Below, in pieces: positions 13,730 to 24,605 of a stretch of 64,000 bases of DNA. A program made the translations under genes and the position numbers. Position 1 is the first letter of the stretch; the number at the start of each line of letters is the position of its first letter. The notes under the pieces were generated by a model. It was not told the DNA's origin and ran no database searches. It saw nothing but the letters and a program-made list of their open reading frames with translations. The stretch is taken from NCBI RefSeq assembly GCF_004010195.1, contig NC_057711.1, positions 70,787,018-70,851,017 of the forward strand, read 5' to 3'. The DNA comes from Chiloscyllium plagiosum. Lineage: Eukaryota.

Positions 13730-13829
13730 GATTCTCCTGCTCCTTGGATGCTGCCTGACCTGCTGCTCTTTTCCAGCAACACATTTTCATCCCTGCAAGA
13801 GAAGTGACAGTGGATTAAACGCTCAAATA

Positions 13830-14000
13830 AAAGCAATATACTGCAGTTACTGGAGATCTGAAATAAACCTTCTGGAATTCCAAAGAAGAGTGGTGTCAGA
13901 CTCAAAATGTTAACTTTGTTTCTTTCTATGTGGATGCTGAATTTCTGCATCAATTTGTTTTTATTTCAGTTCTCCAGCATCCTCCATACTTGGTTCTTAT
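13830..14000. mobile_element. Old PLE pLTR pieces (family E) in inverted arrangement
   Basis: CTGCAGTTACTGGAGATCTGAAATAAA versus TTTATTTCAGTTCTCCAGCATCC; decayed hammerhead-like AAGAAGAGT...GACTCAAAATGTT. Confidence 0.55.
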
Positions 14001-14464
14001 TTTATAAATCCATCAATTAGTAACCCAAGTTGCTCTCCAGCCTCTAGACACAGTGTTACACCAGAGTTTTTTGTAGATCCAAGAGGTCTAGTTCCTTTTC
14101 AACAATTATATACTTTCTGATGAAGCTCCAGAAATACTCTTGTCTGTGGATGAGCTGCCAACCCACTCCAGATCTATGCTCAATTCTCCAAGAAATGATA
14201 ATTGAGCACATATATTCCACATGTCCTCCAAAAGAGCTGAAATTGTTGTTAAGGTGAATGCCTCAAGCAATAGAACCTTATTGGGGGTTCAGGCTCAGTG
14301 GAGGGGAGAGTGGGAGTGAAGAGTTATCTGTTCATAAAGTTAATAATTTACATCTGCATATGCAAATTATGAAACGGCAGAAATTTGGAGAAACCATTTG
14401 TACATGATATTGTTCATTTGTGTGATAAGCAGAACATCTTTTTATCCTGACAACAGCATCCTGT

Positions 14465-15440
14465 TAATGCAGGACAGCAAGCTTCACCTGTTGCTCAAAC
14501 TTTAGTGATACCCTACCCTTCCAGGGTATTTGAAGTAGACTGGTCACCCTTCAGGACACAAGGGGATAGCCTCAGGTCTATTAATGAGGTCGCACATTGC
14601 ATAGTCAAAAATCCTCTGATCAGGGTAGCCAATATTCCACAGGATAGCTATGATGTAACCTGTTTCAGCATCAGGTTTGCACATTAAACAAATAGCTTGG
14701 GCCCTATTTGCGATGTTGCTGTTAAGACCAATCTTAGAATGCCTGGAACTGTAATAATTCCAACATGTATTAACCAGTAGAAATGCTTACAGTAGGCAGT
14801 AGTAGAAACAACCATCTTTCCAACCACCACTACAACCACCCCCCTCAATTGTCCATGCTGAGCTTGTAATAAGATAGTGACTATACTCAACCAGCCCAGG
14901 CTTGATAAAATCAAAACACATTATCCAACAGCAGATGTGCTTCTACGATTGGATGCGATTGCTAAATAATGCCAAATATGCTAAAAATTATGTTGATAAA
15001 CAATTTTAGTTTGTTAGATGGGCTATCAATGTGCCACATTCATATGTACTGGAAACTTTGTTTCTTAATACGCAATGTCCTGTTATTTACAGATGGGAAG
15101 AAAATGTTTACAAAGTATTCCTGCTTTAACTGAACAAAACAGGTGACAGACATTTTCTCAGCGCAACACCTTGACCAATCAGAGTTAACTTGTCTGGCTT
15201 AAATTTCAGTAAGCTTGACAGTTAACTGCCAGTCATTAACCAATGGATGCATTTGTCATGGCAATGTCTGTACCAATCATAGTTCACTTTGCAAACAATC
15301 TGCACTGTCTTCTCATGTAATATCACAAGGTTATTTTCCCTTTACATTGATATTTCTTGCAAATTGTCCTAATGAGTAAAAGGCGAAAAGCTTCAACAAC
15401 TTATTGTTTTTCAGCAATACTCAAGTTTTCTACTATCAAA
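14465..15440. mobile_element. Old Penelope-like element with internal inversion
   Basis: Minus 14465-14683 reads AILWNIGYPDQ...PWKGRVSLKFEQQVKLAV (linker); plus 14959-15112 reads LLNNAKYAKNY...VLETLFLNTQCPVIYR (GIY-YIG C-terminus), followed by a pLTR. Confidence 0.7.
15365..15399 (+). ncRNA. Degenerate hammerhead motif (family D)
   Basis: TTGTC-CTAATGA-GT-AAAAG-GC-GAA-AAGCTT-C-AACAA; core G5 changed to A; stem I arms TTGTC/AACAA. Confidence 0.5.
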
Positions 15441-15479
15441 CAACAAACTGATATATTGATAAATAAGGGTGATTTGTTT

Positions 15480-16110
15480 CTTGGAAGGGAGCTTGCAAGT
15501 GGTGGTGATTCCATACCTTTATTCTTCTTGGCGGAATTGATTGCAAGTATGGTGGGTGATGGTGAAGATAAACTTGACAAGTTGCTGCATTGAATTTAGT
15601 CATCGGCACACTCTGCAGCCAAGATAGACTGGTACTAGGAGTGAGCCTTAAGGCCAATCAGATGGTAGTCAAGTGCGTTGCTTTATCCTGAATGAGGTTG
15701 ATCTTCCTGTGCAATGTTGAAATGTTGCACTTATGTGGAGCAGTGCATCACATTTCTGACTTACCATTCATAGCTGATGCACAGTATCAGGGAATCAGGA
15801 GGTGAGTTACTTGCCACAGAATGCTCAGTCTTTGACCTGCTCTTGGAGCTAATGTATTTATATGGCAGTTCAGTTTCTGGTCAATGTGACTATCCAGGAT
15901 GATGTTGCTGGTGGATTCAGCAATGTTACAACAATTTAATGTGAAGGTGTGGTGTTTTGAATCTCACTTGCCTTGTATTTGTCTGGTGCAAGTATGAAGT
16001 GTCACTTTTCAACCCAAGCCTGAATGTTATTTGTGTCTTCCTGCCCTCCTGCATGCAGGCATGAACTGCTTCATTTTCTGAGGAGTTGCAAACATAACTG
16101 AACACTAATC
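15480..16110 (-). mobile_element. Old CR1/L2-group LINE 3' fragment
   Basis: Homologous to 46020-46880 and 53905-54614, and reverse-complementary to 10840-11050. Confidence 0.7.
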
Positions 16111-17629
16111 TTCAATTTATAGCAAGTGGATAGCAGGTATAGCAGACTTCTTAATATCTGACAAAATTCAGCTCTGCGGCAACACTCAAAATTAGATTGG
16201 ATCAGTGGATTAAGGAAATGGAGAAGAAAGGATAAGCGACCAAAGTGGTTATTTCACAAATTGATTGAACTGAATATCCTGTTTTCTGTCTTACAACTTC
16301 TATGAATTACTATGTATTTCAGCGGGACTGGCATTTGAATTCATCAAAAGAAAACAAAATCCACAAAACGACCAAAACAAATGTTAAAACATATTATATT
16401 TATATCTGATTTCTCTTGTCATGAAAACACCAAAGCTCTCTCGAATCTCAGTCCTTGCACGAGAGTCTTTGATGGTCTTTTTTGTAGGTGCACAACTGCT
16501 GAGTGAATTCAACATCTTTGAGCTAACGCCTGGATATATGCCTTACTTTCTTTTGAAGAAGTGACCAAATTCTTTGATGAACATTCTCCACCTTCACCTT
16601 CCATTATATCAAAGCAGATCTTTGATAGAAGGCATATAAATTTGTTTCCAATTGATTTTATCTTTCAGTCAGATTTTACTGCTTAATCCCTGCATCAGAA
16701 TAACTTTGAATCTTTGAACATATGACCTACATAACAACTTGCTATGAAGCAACCATTATATTGTTTATTTACACTGTGGCAAACTTGCATATCTCATCCT
16801 TTTCACTTGCAAGTTGTTTGGTTTAACAATGTTGACCTAATTTCATGCGCCTTGAATCATTTCCTACAGAGATTTTTGTAAGCAATAGTATTGGAATTGC
16901 ATGTTTTAAACATAATTCTATTTGCACAGGCTTAGCATTCACATTACGGCCATGTAATGCAATAGCCGAGACGAATGCTGCAAATTCAGTTCCTTACTGT
17001 CTGTGGTCTATGTTTTGGTCACTGTTTTGGTATCAAATAATATCTGCATTGTGTATGCTGGTTCAGCACTGCCTGCACCAGACACCTTTATTGTGAGGGC
17101 ATTAATGCGGCTTTAGGAATATGTGCCAGAAGTACGGAAAGATTGCAGCCTGTGGCTTCAGTGAACATGTAACTCAGAGTTGATATCTGCACGGCTATTT
17201 TCAATATCAGCACTTCATCTAATATATTTCTTTTAAACATTCATCATTGAACATGCATTCAGCACCAGGCAGGATTTCTCCCCAGTGCTATTAGGGGGAT
17301 TATCAACTATTTTCAAGTTAGTCACTCATTAATTTTGACTGATTTTGTTTGAGTTTCCTGTTGGTCAGAATTGGTGAAATTGTTGCAGACTGGTGTTACA
17401 TGTACTGCGAAGGCTTGTTATGAAACCTATGAGTAATACAGAAATTGTCAGGTCTGGAAAAGACTCTTGCCATCACTGAAGACAGATCAGAAGACGCTAA
17501 GATTCTGCTAAGTCCACTTGCAGGTAGTCATGGGTGCTGTCAGTAACCATTCCCTTTGTCTTTTGCTTTCCAGGGAGATTGGACATGGAACTTGTCAAAG
17601 AGTGATAGAGGCATGGGAGAAGGGCTCTT

Positions 17630-18087
17630 GAGAGATATTATCCTCCCAAAGGTTTTAAGTAAGCATTTCTCTTACTTCAGTCTAAGCTGGAAATAGTTAG
17701 TACAATGTCTCCATTTTGCAGAAGTGCTTGGTGAAATCTGCCACCTTTCAAACTGGAATGAGATCAACAGTGCCAGAGCCAGTGACGGCCAAAATGACCA
17801 TGAACTTCTTCGACACAGAGAATACTGGAAACTCAGCAGGTCAGGCAGCATCTGTGGAGAGAGAAACAGAGTTAACATTTTGAATCCAGTATGACACTTG
17901 TTCAAAACTGAAAGATGTTGGAATTTGTTTTAATACTTTTTACCAAGGTGGATGAGGGGTGAAATTCTTTGCATTGGATACCTTCTCGTCTTTAGCAGTG
18001 ATATCTCTAACATCACCCAGTTTTCCACCTATGATCAAATGAAGGATGTTCTTTATGCCATGAGAGAGAAACACATTCTGTTCCTGT
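17630..18087 (+). pseudogene. HARBI1-like Harbinger transposase N-terminal remnant, interrupted by a PLE pLTR
   Basis: YPPK / KHFSYFSLSWK*LVQCLHFAEVLGEICHL / PVTAKMTMNFF, then FFALDTF / SDISNITQFS...DVLYAMREKHILF. Confidence 0.65.
17815..17915 (-). mobile_element. Old PLE pLTR (family E)
   Basis: CTGGAAACTCAGCAGGTCAGGCAGCATCTGTGGAGAGAGAAACAGAGTTAAC is homologous to the other pLTRs. Confidence 0.7.
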
Positions 18088-18089
18088 AA

Positions 18090-18228
18090 ATAAAAACAAA
18101 TTACTGCGGATTTGGAAATCTGAGGTAAACACAGGGAATGCTGGAGAAACTCAGCAGGCCATGCAGCATCAGAGACAAGAGAAACGGAGATAACAATTCA
18201 AGTCCATATGATTCATCTTCAGAACTCA
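18090..18228 (-). mobile_element. Old PLE pLTR (family E) with decayed hammerhead
   Basis: Minus strand CTGAAGA-T-GAATC-ATATG-GACTT-GAATTG, followed by pLTR body. Confidence 0.65.
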
Positions 18229-19479
18229 GACAATTTCAACTTAGTTATGAGTTGAATAGATGGGATAGATGTAAATGCTCATGAAGGATAGATAAGGGCT
18301 GGCCATAATCTGAAGCTTTTAAATGTACTGCTCACTAAATTTTGAAAGAAATTTGACTGTAGCTGTCAGTTAAAAGATGTCCTCTGCTTGAATACTTTGA
18401 TTAATGGGCTCAGTTTAGAAAAAAAATTGCAAGTTGTGCAGTTTCAATAGAAGTCTTTGTTGCCCTTTCCCAGAGGGCTAAAGTGAGCCATTATGAATGC
18501 TTGGTTGAATTTTAAAAGCTACAATTATCTCTGTAGTGATTCTGAGTTCACAGTTTGATTGGCAGCTTGATAAGTCTATTAAAGGGTTAATGTATTTAGT
18601 GTGGAGCTTGAAAAAAAATTGATTTCCCAAGAGATCAACCACTTGGAATTTAAAACCTTTGAATGAATTTTACGACTAAGGGTTTTTTAAAAAGCATCAA
18701 GTATGTGAGAACTGTATTAGATTGTTTCAAATTTATTTTAACAATTTTCGCATGACCAATTTGTGCATACCACATCACTAGTTTAGCAGTATAACCAAGA
18801 AAGGTTGCAGCAGCAGCATCCACTTGCAATCAGAAGTGGACATTTGTCCCTTTCATATTTTGTTTCTTCAATCTTTTCAAAGGCAGACCTATTGAAGAAT
18901 TGGAGAACTGAAAGCAGATATACATTGAAGCTGAATTATTACGCAGCACTCGAACATACAGAGCACCAATTATAATTGAAATCGCATGATTCCATTGCAA
19001 TAACTTGTTTATATATAATAATACAGAATAAACAGATTTGATATGGTTCCCCACATCAGTAGGTCAATTTAGTAGATTTCTACAGAATAGTTCCTGATTA
19101 TTGCCTGCATTCTACCCTATTCACAATCTTCGTTCAGCCTGACTTCTCCACATCTTTCTACTGAACAACCTGACTGCCTGCTGTGTTGCTATCTCTGTAT
19201 CTTATTTTATCTTTTCACAGCTTAAAAGAACCCTGCTAAGTGCTTAGGACCAGAGAATTGCTGACACAGTGGGTGTGTGCTGCTTGTAGTTTACAAATTA
19301 CTCAATGTTTTTAATCTATTAGGAAATACGTTAATCATTCTTTATCGGTAACATTTTCTAAACATATTCAAATGTACTTTGCTTAAAAGAAAACAGTAAT
19401 TTTAATTTTTCAAATGGTTTCGATGGAGAAACTTAACATGACCTTAGTGTGCTTAGTCATCTATTCAATCTGCTTATGG

Positions 19480-20480
19480 TCTTTTTGTCTCATAGAAATC
19501 ATTGACTGTGAAAGCTATGGAACATGCTTCTCAAATTTGGCTGTGCTCAGAAATATCTCTCCATTCTCTGCCTAATTCATGATGATGATGCAAATAGTGA
19601 TGCTCACCAACAGAGCCCTGTCTCAGAGAAAAGTAGAGTTAAACAAGGCAGGAGCATTGCACTAACCCACTTCTCCAGTTTCTTCTTTACAATTCTGCCC
19701 TGTACATCCAGCAAATCACTCTCAGATGTGGAAATAATCCACAAAGCAGATGAGAAACTGTTCCATTTACATTGCTTTCAATCCAAAACCAGGGCCATCT
19801 CAGTGACTCACAGCACCAGGGACCCAGGTTCAATTCTACCCTCGGATGGCTGGTCGTGTGGAGTTTGCACATTCTCCCTGTGTCTGAATGAGTTTCCATC
19901 GGGTGCTCTGGTATCTCCCCACAGTCCAAAGAATGTGCAGGTCAGGTAGGTTGGCCATGCTAAATTACCCATAGTGTCCAGGGATGTGTAGATTAGGTGG
20001 ATTAACCATGGTAAATGCAAGGTCACAGAGATAAGGTTGGGGCAGGGTTGGGGGAGGGGGGGATGCTGGTGATGGGGATGTGGTTCCAGGTGGGATGCTC
20101 TTCAGAGGGTTGGTGTGGATTGATGGATTTAATGGTCTGCTTCCACATGTTAGGAATTCTATGATTCTAAGTCTTAGTGTTGGAGGTTCATTATGAAGAT
20201 AATTCTGTGTGCCTGTTCACTTTCACTAAACACTCAGAAAGGAAAAGTTCCCTTTCACTCATCATTGTGCAGCCTTCCCTCGATGAAGGCAGGCAAAGAT
20301 GACCATTACCTCCAATGTGCCAACTCAGCTTCAGCTGACTGAGAAAAGGAGTATTTTGAGGACTAGGAACTCAAACCTGAGGCAAAGGTCATGGTTTATC
20401 AGCAGTGATTTCTATATTCCTAAATGCTTTCATAACTTGGTCAGCTTGCAGCAGATACCTCAAAGCACTGCTTTTGCAAA
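19480..20480 (+). mobile_element. Decayed RTE-clade LINE fragment containing a SINE insertion
   Basis: LWNMLLKFGCAQKYLSILCLIHDD...VKQG RT motifs; a later TWSACSRYLKAL segment near 20435-20470. Confidence 0.65.
19805..20170 (+). mobile_element. HE1-type (V-SINE) SINE, 5' eroded
   Basis: GGGACCCAGGTTCAATTC B box; TGTGGAGTTTGCACATTCTCCC central domain. Confidence 0.85.
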
Positions 20481-20540
20481 ATCCTTCAAATTCAGTACCA
20501 AAAAAGTTCTTCAATAACAGCATTTTTCTCTTAGTCAACT

Positions 20541-20833
20541 GGGGTGGCACGGTTGCTCAGTAGTTAGCACTGCAACCTCACAGCGCCAGGGACCCGGGTT
20601 CGATTCCCGTCTCGGGCGACTGTCTGTGTGGAGTTTGCATGTTGTCCTGTGTCTGCGTGGGTTTCCTCTGGATGCTCTGGTTTCGTCCTACTGTCCAAAG
20701 ATGTGCAGGTTAGGTGAATTGGTCATGCTAAATTGCCCACAGAGTTAGGTGCATTAGTCAGGAGTAAATATGGGGAATGGATTGGTATGGACTAGTCAGG
20801 ATGAAGGGCCTGTTTCCAGGGAATCTAATCTAA
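20541..20833 (+). mobile_element. HE1-type SINE
   Basis: GGTGGCACGGTTGCTCAGTAGTTAGCAC head; B box GGTTCGATTCCC; tail AATCTAATCTAAT. Confidence 0.9.
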
Positions 20834-21826
20834 TATTCCAAAGCTGCTACTTGTTCTAAAACAGTTGTGCTGGGGGAACATGTCATTCATGTGTCTGATC
20901 CTCTGAAGTAACTTTTCTGCTCAGAAATTGGTGAGGTCACAGTTAATGCACTCCATTATATATGCACAAAATCTTTGAACATTTTAACTAGACAGTTACT
21001 ACTCATTTTACTACATCACAGATCTCAAACTCAGTCTTAAATTTAACTACTGACAAAGTGTTCATAGTGTGCGTCCGCTCCGTTTTTTTAATATGGAAAT
21101 TTCTGATTTTACGCAGCTTGAAGCTGGGGATTCTGTTTTCATTTAGAATGAGTTCATTACCAGTGATTTCAGCTTTTACTGGCTTCTAGTTGATTCAGTA
21201 TTTTTGCTGACGGGTGTAAAATTGTTCTTTCCTTTGTAGCCTCTGTCTCCCCTTTTATAGTATCCTTCTCCCATTTGCATCATATGTGGGCAGGATGGTT
21301 AAGAAGGCATTTAGCATGCTTGCCTTCATTGCTCAGACATTTAAGTACAGGAGTTGGAAGCTACATTGAGGTTGTAGAGAAGTACTGTGTCCAGTTTTGG
21401 TCACCCTGTCATAGCCAGAATATTATTAAGCTGCAGAGGTTTCAGAAAGGATTTACCAGAGTGTTGGCAGGAATGAATGGTTTGAGTTATAAGGAGAGGT
21501 TGGATATGCTGGGACATGGTTCTCAGAAGTGTGGGAGGTTGAGAGGTGACGTTAGAGAGGCTTATAAAATCATCTGGGGTATAGCTAACACCTCCATCCC
21601 CTTCCTGGACCTCTCCATTTCCATTAATGATGACCGACTTGACACTGACATTTTTTACAAACCCACCGACTCCCACAGCTACCTGGATTACACCTCTTCC
21701 CACCCTACCTCTTGCAAAAATGCCATCCTGTATTCCCAATTCCTCTGCCTCCGCCGTATCTGCTCCCAGGAGGACCAGTTCCACCACAGAACACACCAGA
21801 TGGCCTCCTTCTCTAGAGACCGCAAT

Positions 21827-22179
21827 NNNNNNNNNNNNNNNNNNNNNNNNNNNNNNNNNNNNNNNNNNNNNNNNNNNNNNNNNNNNNNNNNNNNNNNNNN
21901 NNNNNNNNNNNNNNNNNNNNNNNNNNNNNNNNNNNNNNNNNNNNNNNNNNNNNNNNNNNNNNNNNNNNNNNNNNNNNNNNNNNNNNNNNNNNNNNNNNNN
22001 NNNNNNNNNNNNNNNNNNNNNNNNNNNNNNNNNNNNNNNNNNNNNNNNNNNNNNNNNNNNNNNNNNNNNNNNNNNNNNNNNNNNNNNNNNNNNNNNNNNN
22101 NNNNNNNNNNNNNNNNNNNNNNNNNNNNNNNNNNNNNNNNNNNNNNNNNNNNNNNNNNNNNNNNNNNNNNNNNNNNNNN
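21827..22179. other. Assembly gap
   Basis: Run of N; other gaps at 24508-24537, 27781-28766 and 60337-60965, all inside young repeats. Confidence 0.99.
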
Positions 22180-22366
22180 CTCAGCACTGTCCCCATGACT
22201 TGTCCTACCTGCCTATCTTCTTTTCCACCTATCCACTCCACCCTCCTCCCTGACCTATCACCTTCATCCCCTCCCCCACTCACCTATTGTGCTCTATGCT
22301 ACTTTATCCCCACCCCCACCCTCCTCCAGCTTATCTCTCCACCCTTCAGGCTCTCTGCCTTTATTC

Positions 22367-22394
22367 CTGATGAAGGGCTTTTGCCCGAAACGTC
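22367..22394 (+). ncRNA. Minimal type I hammerhead ribozyme motif (family A'), canonical core
   Basis: CTGATGA-A-GGGC-TTTT-GCCC-GAAACGTC. Confidence 0.8.
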
Positions 22395-22843
22395 GATTTT
22401 ACTGCTCCTCGGATGCTTCCTGAACTGCTGTGCTCTTCCAGTACCACTAATCTAGAATCTAGATAAGGTGAATAGCAGGTGTCTTTACCCTTGGGTGGGA
22501 GAGTTCAAGAGTAGGGGGTATATTTTTAAGGTGAGAGGAGAAACATTTAAAAAAGACTTGAGAAGCAATTTTTATTTTACACAGAGAGTGGTTAGTATGT
22601 GGAATGAACTTCCAGAGGAAGTGGTGGATGTGGGCAGAGTTACAATGGTTAAATGACACTTGGATAAGGACATGAATTAGAAATATTTGGAGGGATATGG
22701 GCCAAGTGCAGGCAGGTGGGACTAGTTTAGTTTGTGATTACAGTCGTCATTGACTGGTTGGACTGAGGGGTATGTTTCCAAGCTTTGTGACTCTCTGAAT
22801 CTATAACATCCTTGCAGCCTCTCTCTTCCCTATACACCTAGTA

Positions 22844-22912
22844 GAACATAGAACATAGAACATAGAAGAATACAGCGCAGTACAGGCCCTTGGGCCCTCG
22901 ATGTTGCGCCGA
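22844..22912 (-). mobile_element. 69-bp CR1-type LINE tail insertion
   Basis: (AGAACAT)n tail; 10-bp TSD ACACCTAGTA at 22834-22843 and 22913-22922. Confidence 0.8.
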
Positions 22913-24414
22913 ACACCTAGTAACCTCCTTCTCCCTCACCCTTCTTACAGCATTTTTCTTACCCCCACCTGCAGCTAGCTATTCCCCCATAACCCTCTTG
23001 AAAACAGCTCCCCTCTCAAACCGATTTGCAGTCTTCTTCTGCGTCGGCTCCCCTGGATTCCTTTTTACTCCCAACCCCTCAGGAAGTTGCCTCCTCTTGC
23101 CACCCAAACTCCCTCAGAATGCCCCTTGGAGACTCCTTCTCCCAACACCCCCTTTCCAAACAGTCCTTACTATATCGGTCAATTCTACTTACAGGGTTGA
23201 TGTTAAAAATCTAATCTCCTAGTCAGCACACTAGTATTAGCCATCAATATTATTCCATTAATGCCAATCAGTTTAGCAAACCATGGTTTGAATATTTCTG
23301 TCTTGATGGATAAAAATGCCATTGGCTATTAACAGTTCAATTTACACTTCTTGCTGAAATACCTAAAACATAATGCCATTCCAGTGACCACATTATTTTT
23401 ATATTTTGCAGGCCAAAATTTGATCAAGGCAATTTTAACCTGCCTATTCAATGGGAAGCTGGAAGCCAGCCAATGGAAAATCACTTTGGGAGCTTACCCA
23501 ACTATTTCCCATTGGTTTATATTTTAACCTGCACCTTTAATCATAGTCTTAATGAGATCGGAAGCAGCTGTAGCATTCTAAGTGGGACAAGCCAACAGAA
23601 AATGAAGATAGAATCTGAAGAGGTCTCAGGATCTGAGGCATTTTTATTTGTTTTTACTTTTATTGTGATGCAAGAGGAAGCTGGATTATATGTCTAATGA
23701 TTTGCAGAGTCTTTTTTTTAAGTTTGTAATTCACATGTGAAATGTAAACCTACAGAAAGCCACCTTAAGGGATAACTTTGCATGTTACATTTCTGATGGA
23801 GAGCAGGACATCAGCAAATTATTCCATTAATGCTAGCGTAAGAATGAATTGCACACGTCCAGGGATTTGAGTTCAAATAGTAGTACCAAGACATCTTATT
23901 CTTCAGAGAAAGGAATGATCATTGGAACATGAAACCTAAAATTTTAGATTCCTGATCCCTTTTATATTTCTTCTGATAAATACGTATGATTTCATGGAAT
24001 GCATTCACCACATGCACACAGTCCTCAAGGTAGAAAAGACCAGGATTTTATCAGCTCCCAGGTGACAGACTAGGAGGCAGGGGTGCTGGAGAACTAAATC
24101 GGGACATGTCTCTAACAGAGCCCTACCACTTTCCCATTGATAGACACAGCAACTAATTGGGTTATTGATGGCATTTTATCAGGCATTTTGACATTGAAGT
24201 GAGGTCTAGCTGGGGGAAAGGTCAACTGATGCATTGAAATGGCTTCTTTAGTAGTTGTAGAGCAGTTGTAAAGAGGGGCGCTGGCTGTCTTGAAGCATTC
24301 CCTTAAGAGTTTACCCCGTCCAATTGCTGGGCCTTCCTGCCTAACTGTAGCACATCAATAAACTTTGTACCCATTGTTGTGGTTCTGTTCGCCGAGCTGG
24401 GAATTTGTGTTGCA

Positions 24415-24448
24415 GACGTTTCGTCCCCTGTCTAGGTGACATCCTCAG
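24415..24448 (-). ncRNA. Minimal type I hammerhead ribozyme motif (family B)
   Basis: Minus strand GCA-CTGAGGA-T-GTC-ACCTAGACAGGG-GAC-GAAACGTC-TGC. Confidence 0.8.
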
Positions 24449-24571
24449 TGCTTGTGTGCCTCCTGTGAAGCGCTTCTGTGATCTTTCCTCCGGCATTTGT
24501 AGTGGTTNNNNNNNNNNNNNNNNNNNNNNNNNNNNNNATCACAGAAGCGCTTCACAGGAGGCTCCCAAGCA

Positions 24572-24605
24572 CTGAGGATGTCACAAAGACAGGGGACGAA
24601 ACGTC
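24572..24605 (+). ncRNA. Minimal type I hammerhead ribozyme motif (family B)
   Basis: GCA-CTGAGGA-T-GTC-ACAAAGACAGGG-GAC-GAAACGTC-TGC; stem I GCA/TGC. Confidence 0.8.

Larger units (their letters stand above)
13117..13789. mobile_element. Penelope-like foldback insertion (inverted pLTR, GIY-YIG C-terminus, pLTR)
   Basis: Left arm 13117-13365 is the reverse complement of the right pLTR; the middle encodes LGLLHRQTMATRRLEEEHLIFCLGTLQPQGMN; 15-bp TSD CATCCCTG(G/C)AAGAGA at 13106-13120 and 13788-13802. Confidence 0.9.
21585..22459 (+). mobile_element. Penelope-like element 3' part (RT thumb, gap, pLTR)
   Basis: Open frame SIPFLDLSISI...TDIFYKPTDSHSYLDYTSSHP..CKNAILYSQFLCLRRICS; pLTR after the N-gap. 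Confidence 0.9.
21290..22803 (+). mobile_element. HER1-like CR1 LINE 3' fragment split by a PLE insertion
   Basis: YCVQFWSP...ERLDMLG...YKII stops at ~21584 and resumes at 22460 (TAGATAAGGTGAATAG) through to the 3' UTR. Confidence 0.85.

Noticed and set aside
15093..15142. Apparent exon (TTACAG|ATGGGAAG...CAG|GTGAC)
   Set aside because: Lies within decayed Penelope GIY-YIG coding sequence
20541..20615. tRNA-like A/B box sequences (also 59154, 63254, 8588)
   Set aside because: SINE heads, not tRNA genes; they continue into SINE bodies
21275..22198. 307-aa ORF fusing CR1 RT C-terminus in frame to Penelope RT thumb
   Set aside because: Chance in-frame junction of a nested insertion, and about 40% of its length is N-gap; not a gene
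22925..23200. C-rich segment with Pro/Leu-rich ORFs
   Set aside because: Low complexity with no recognisable domain or regular period
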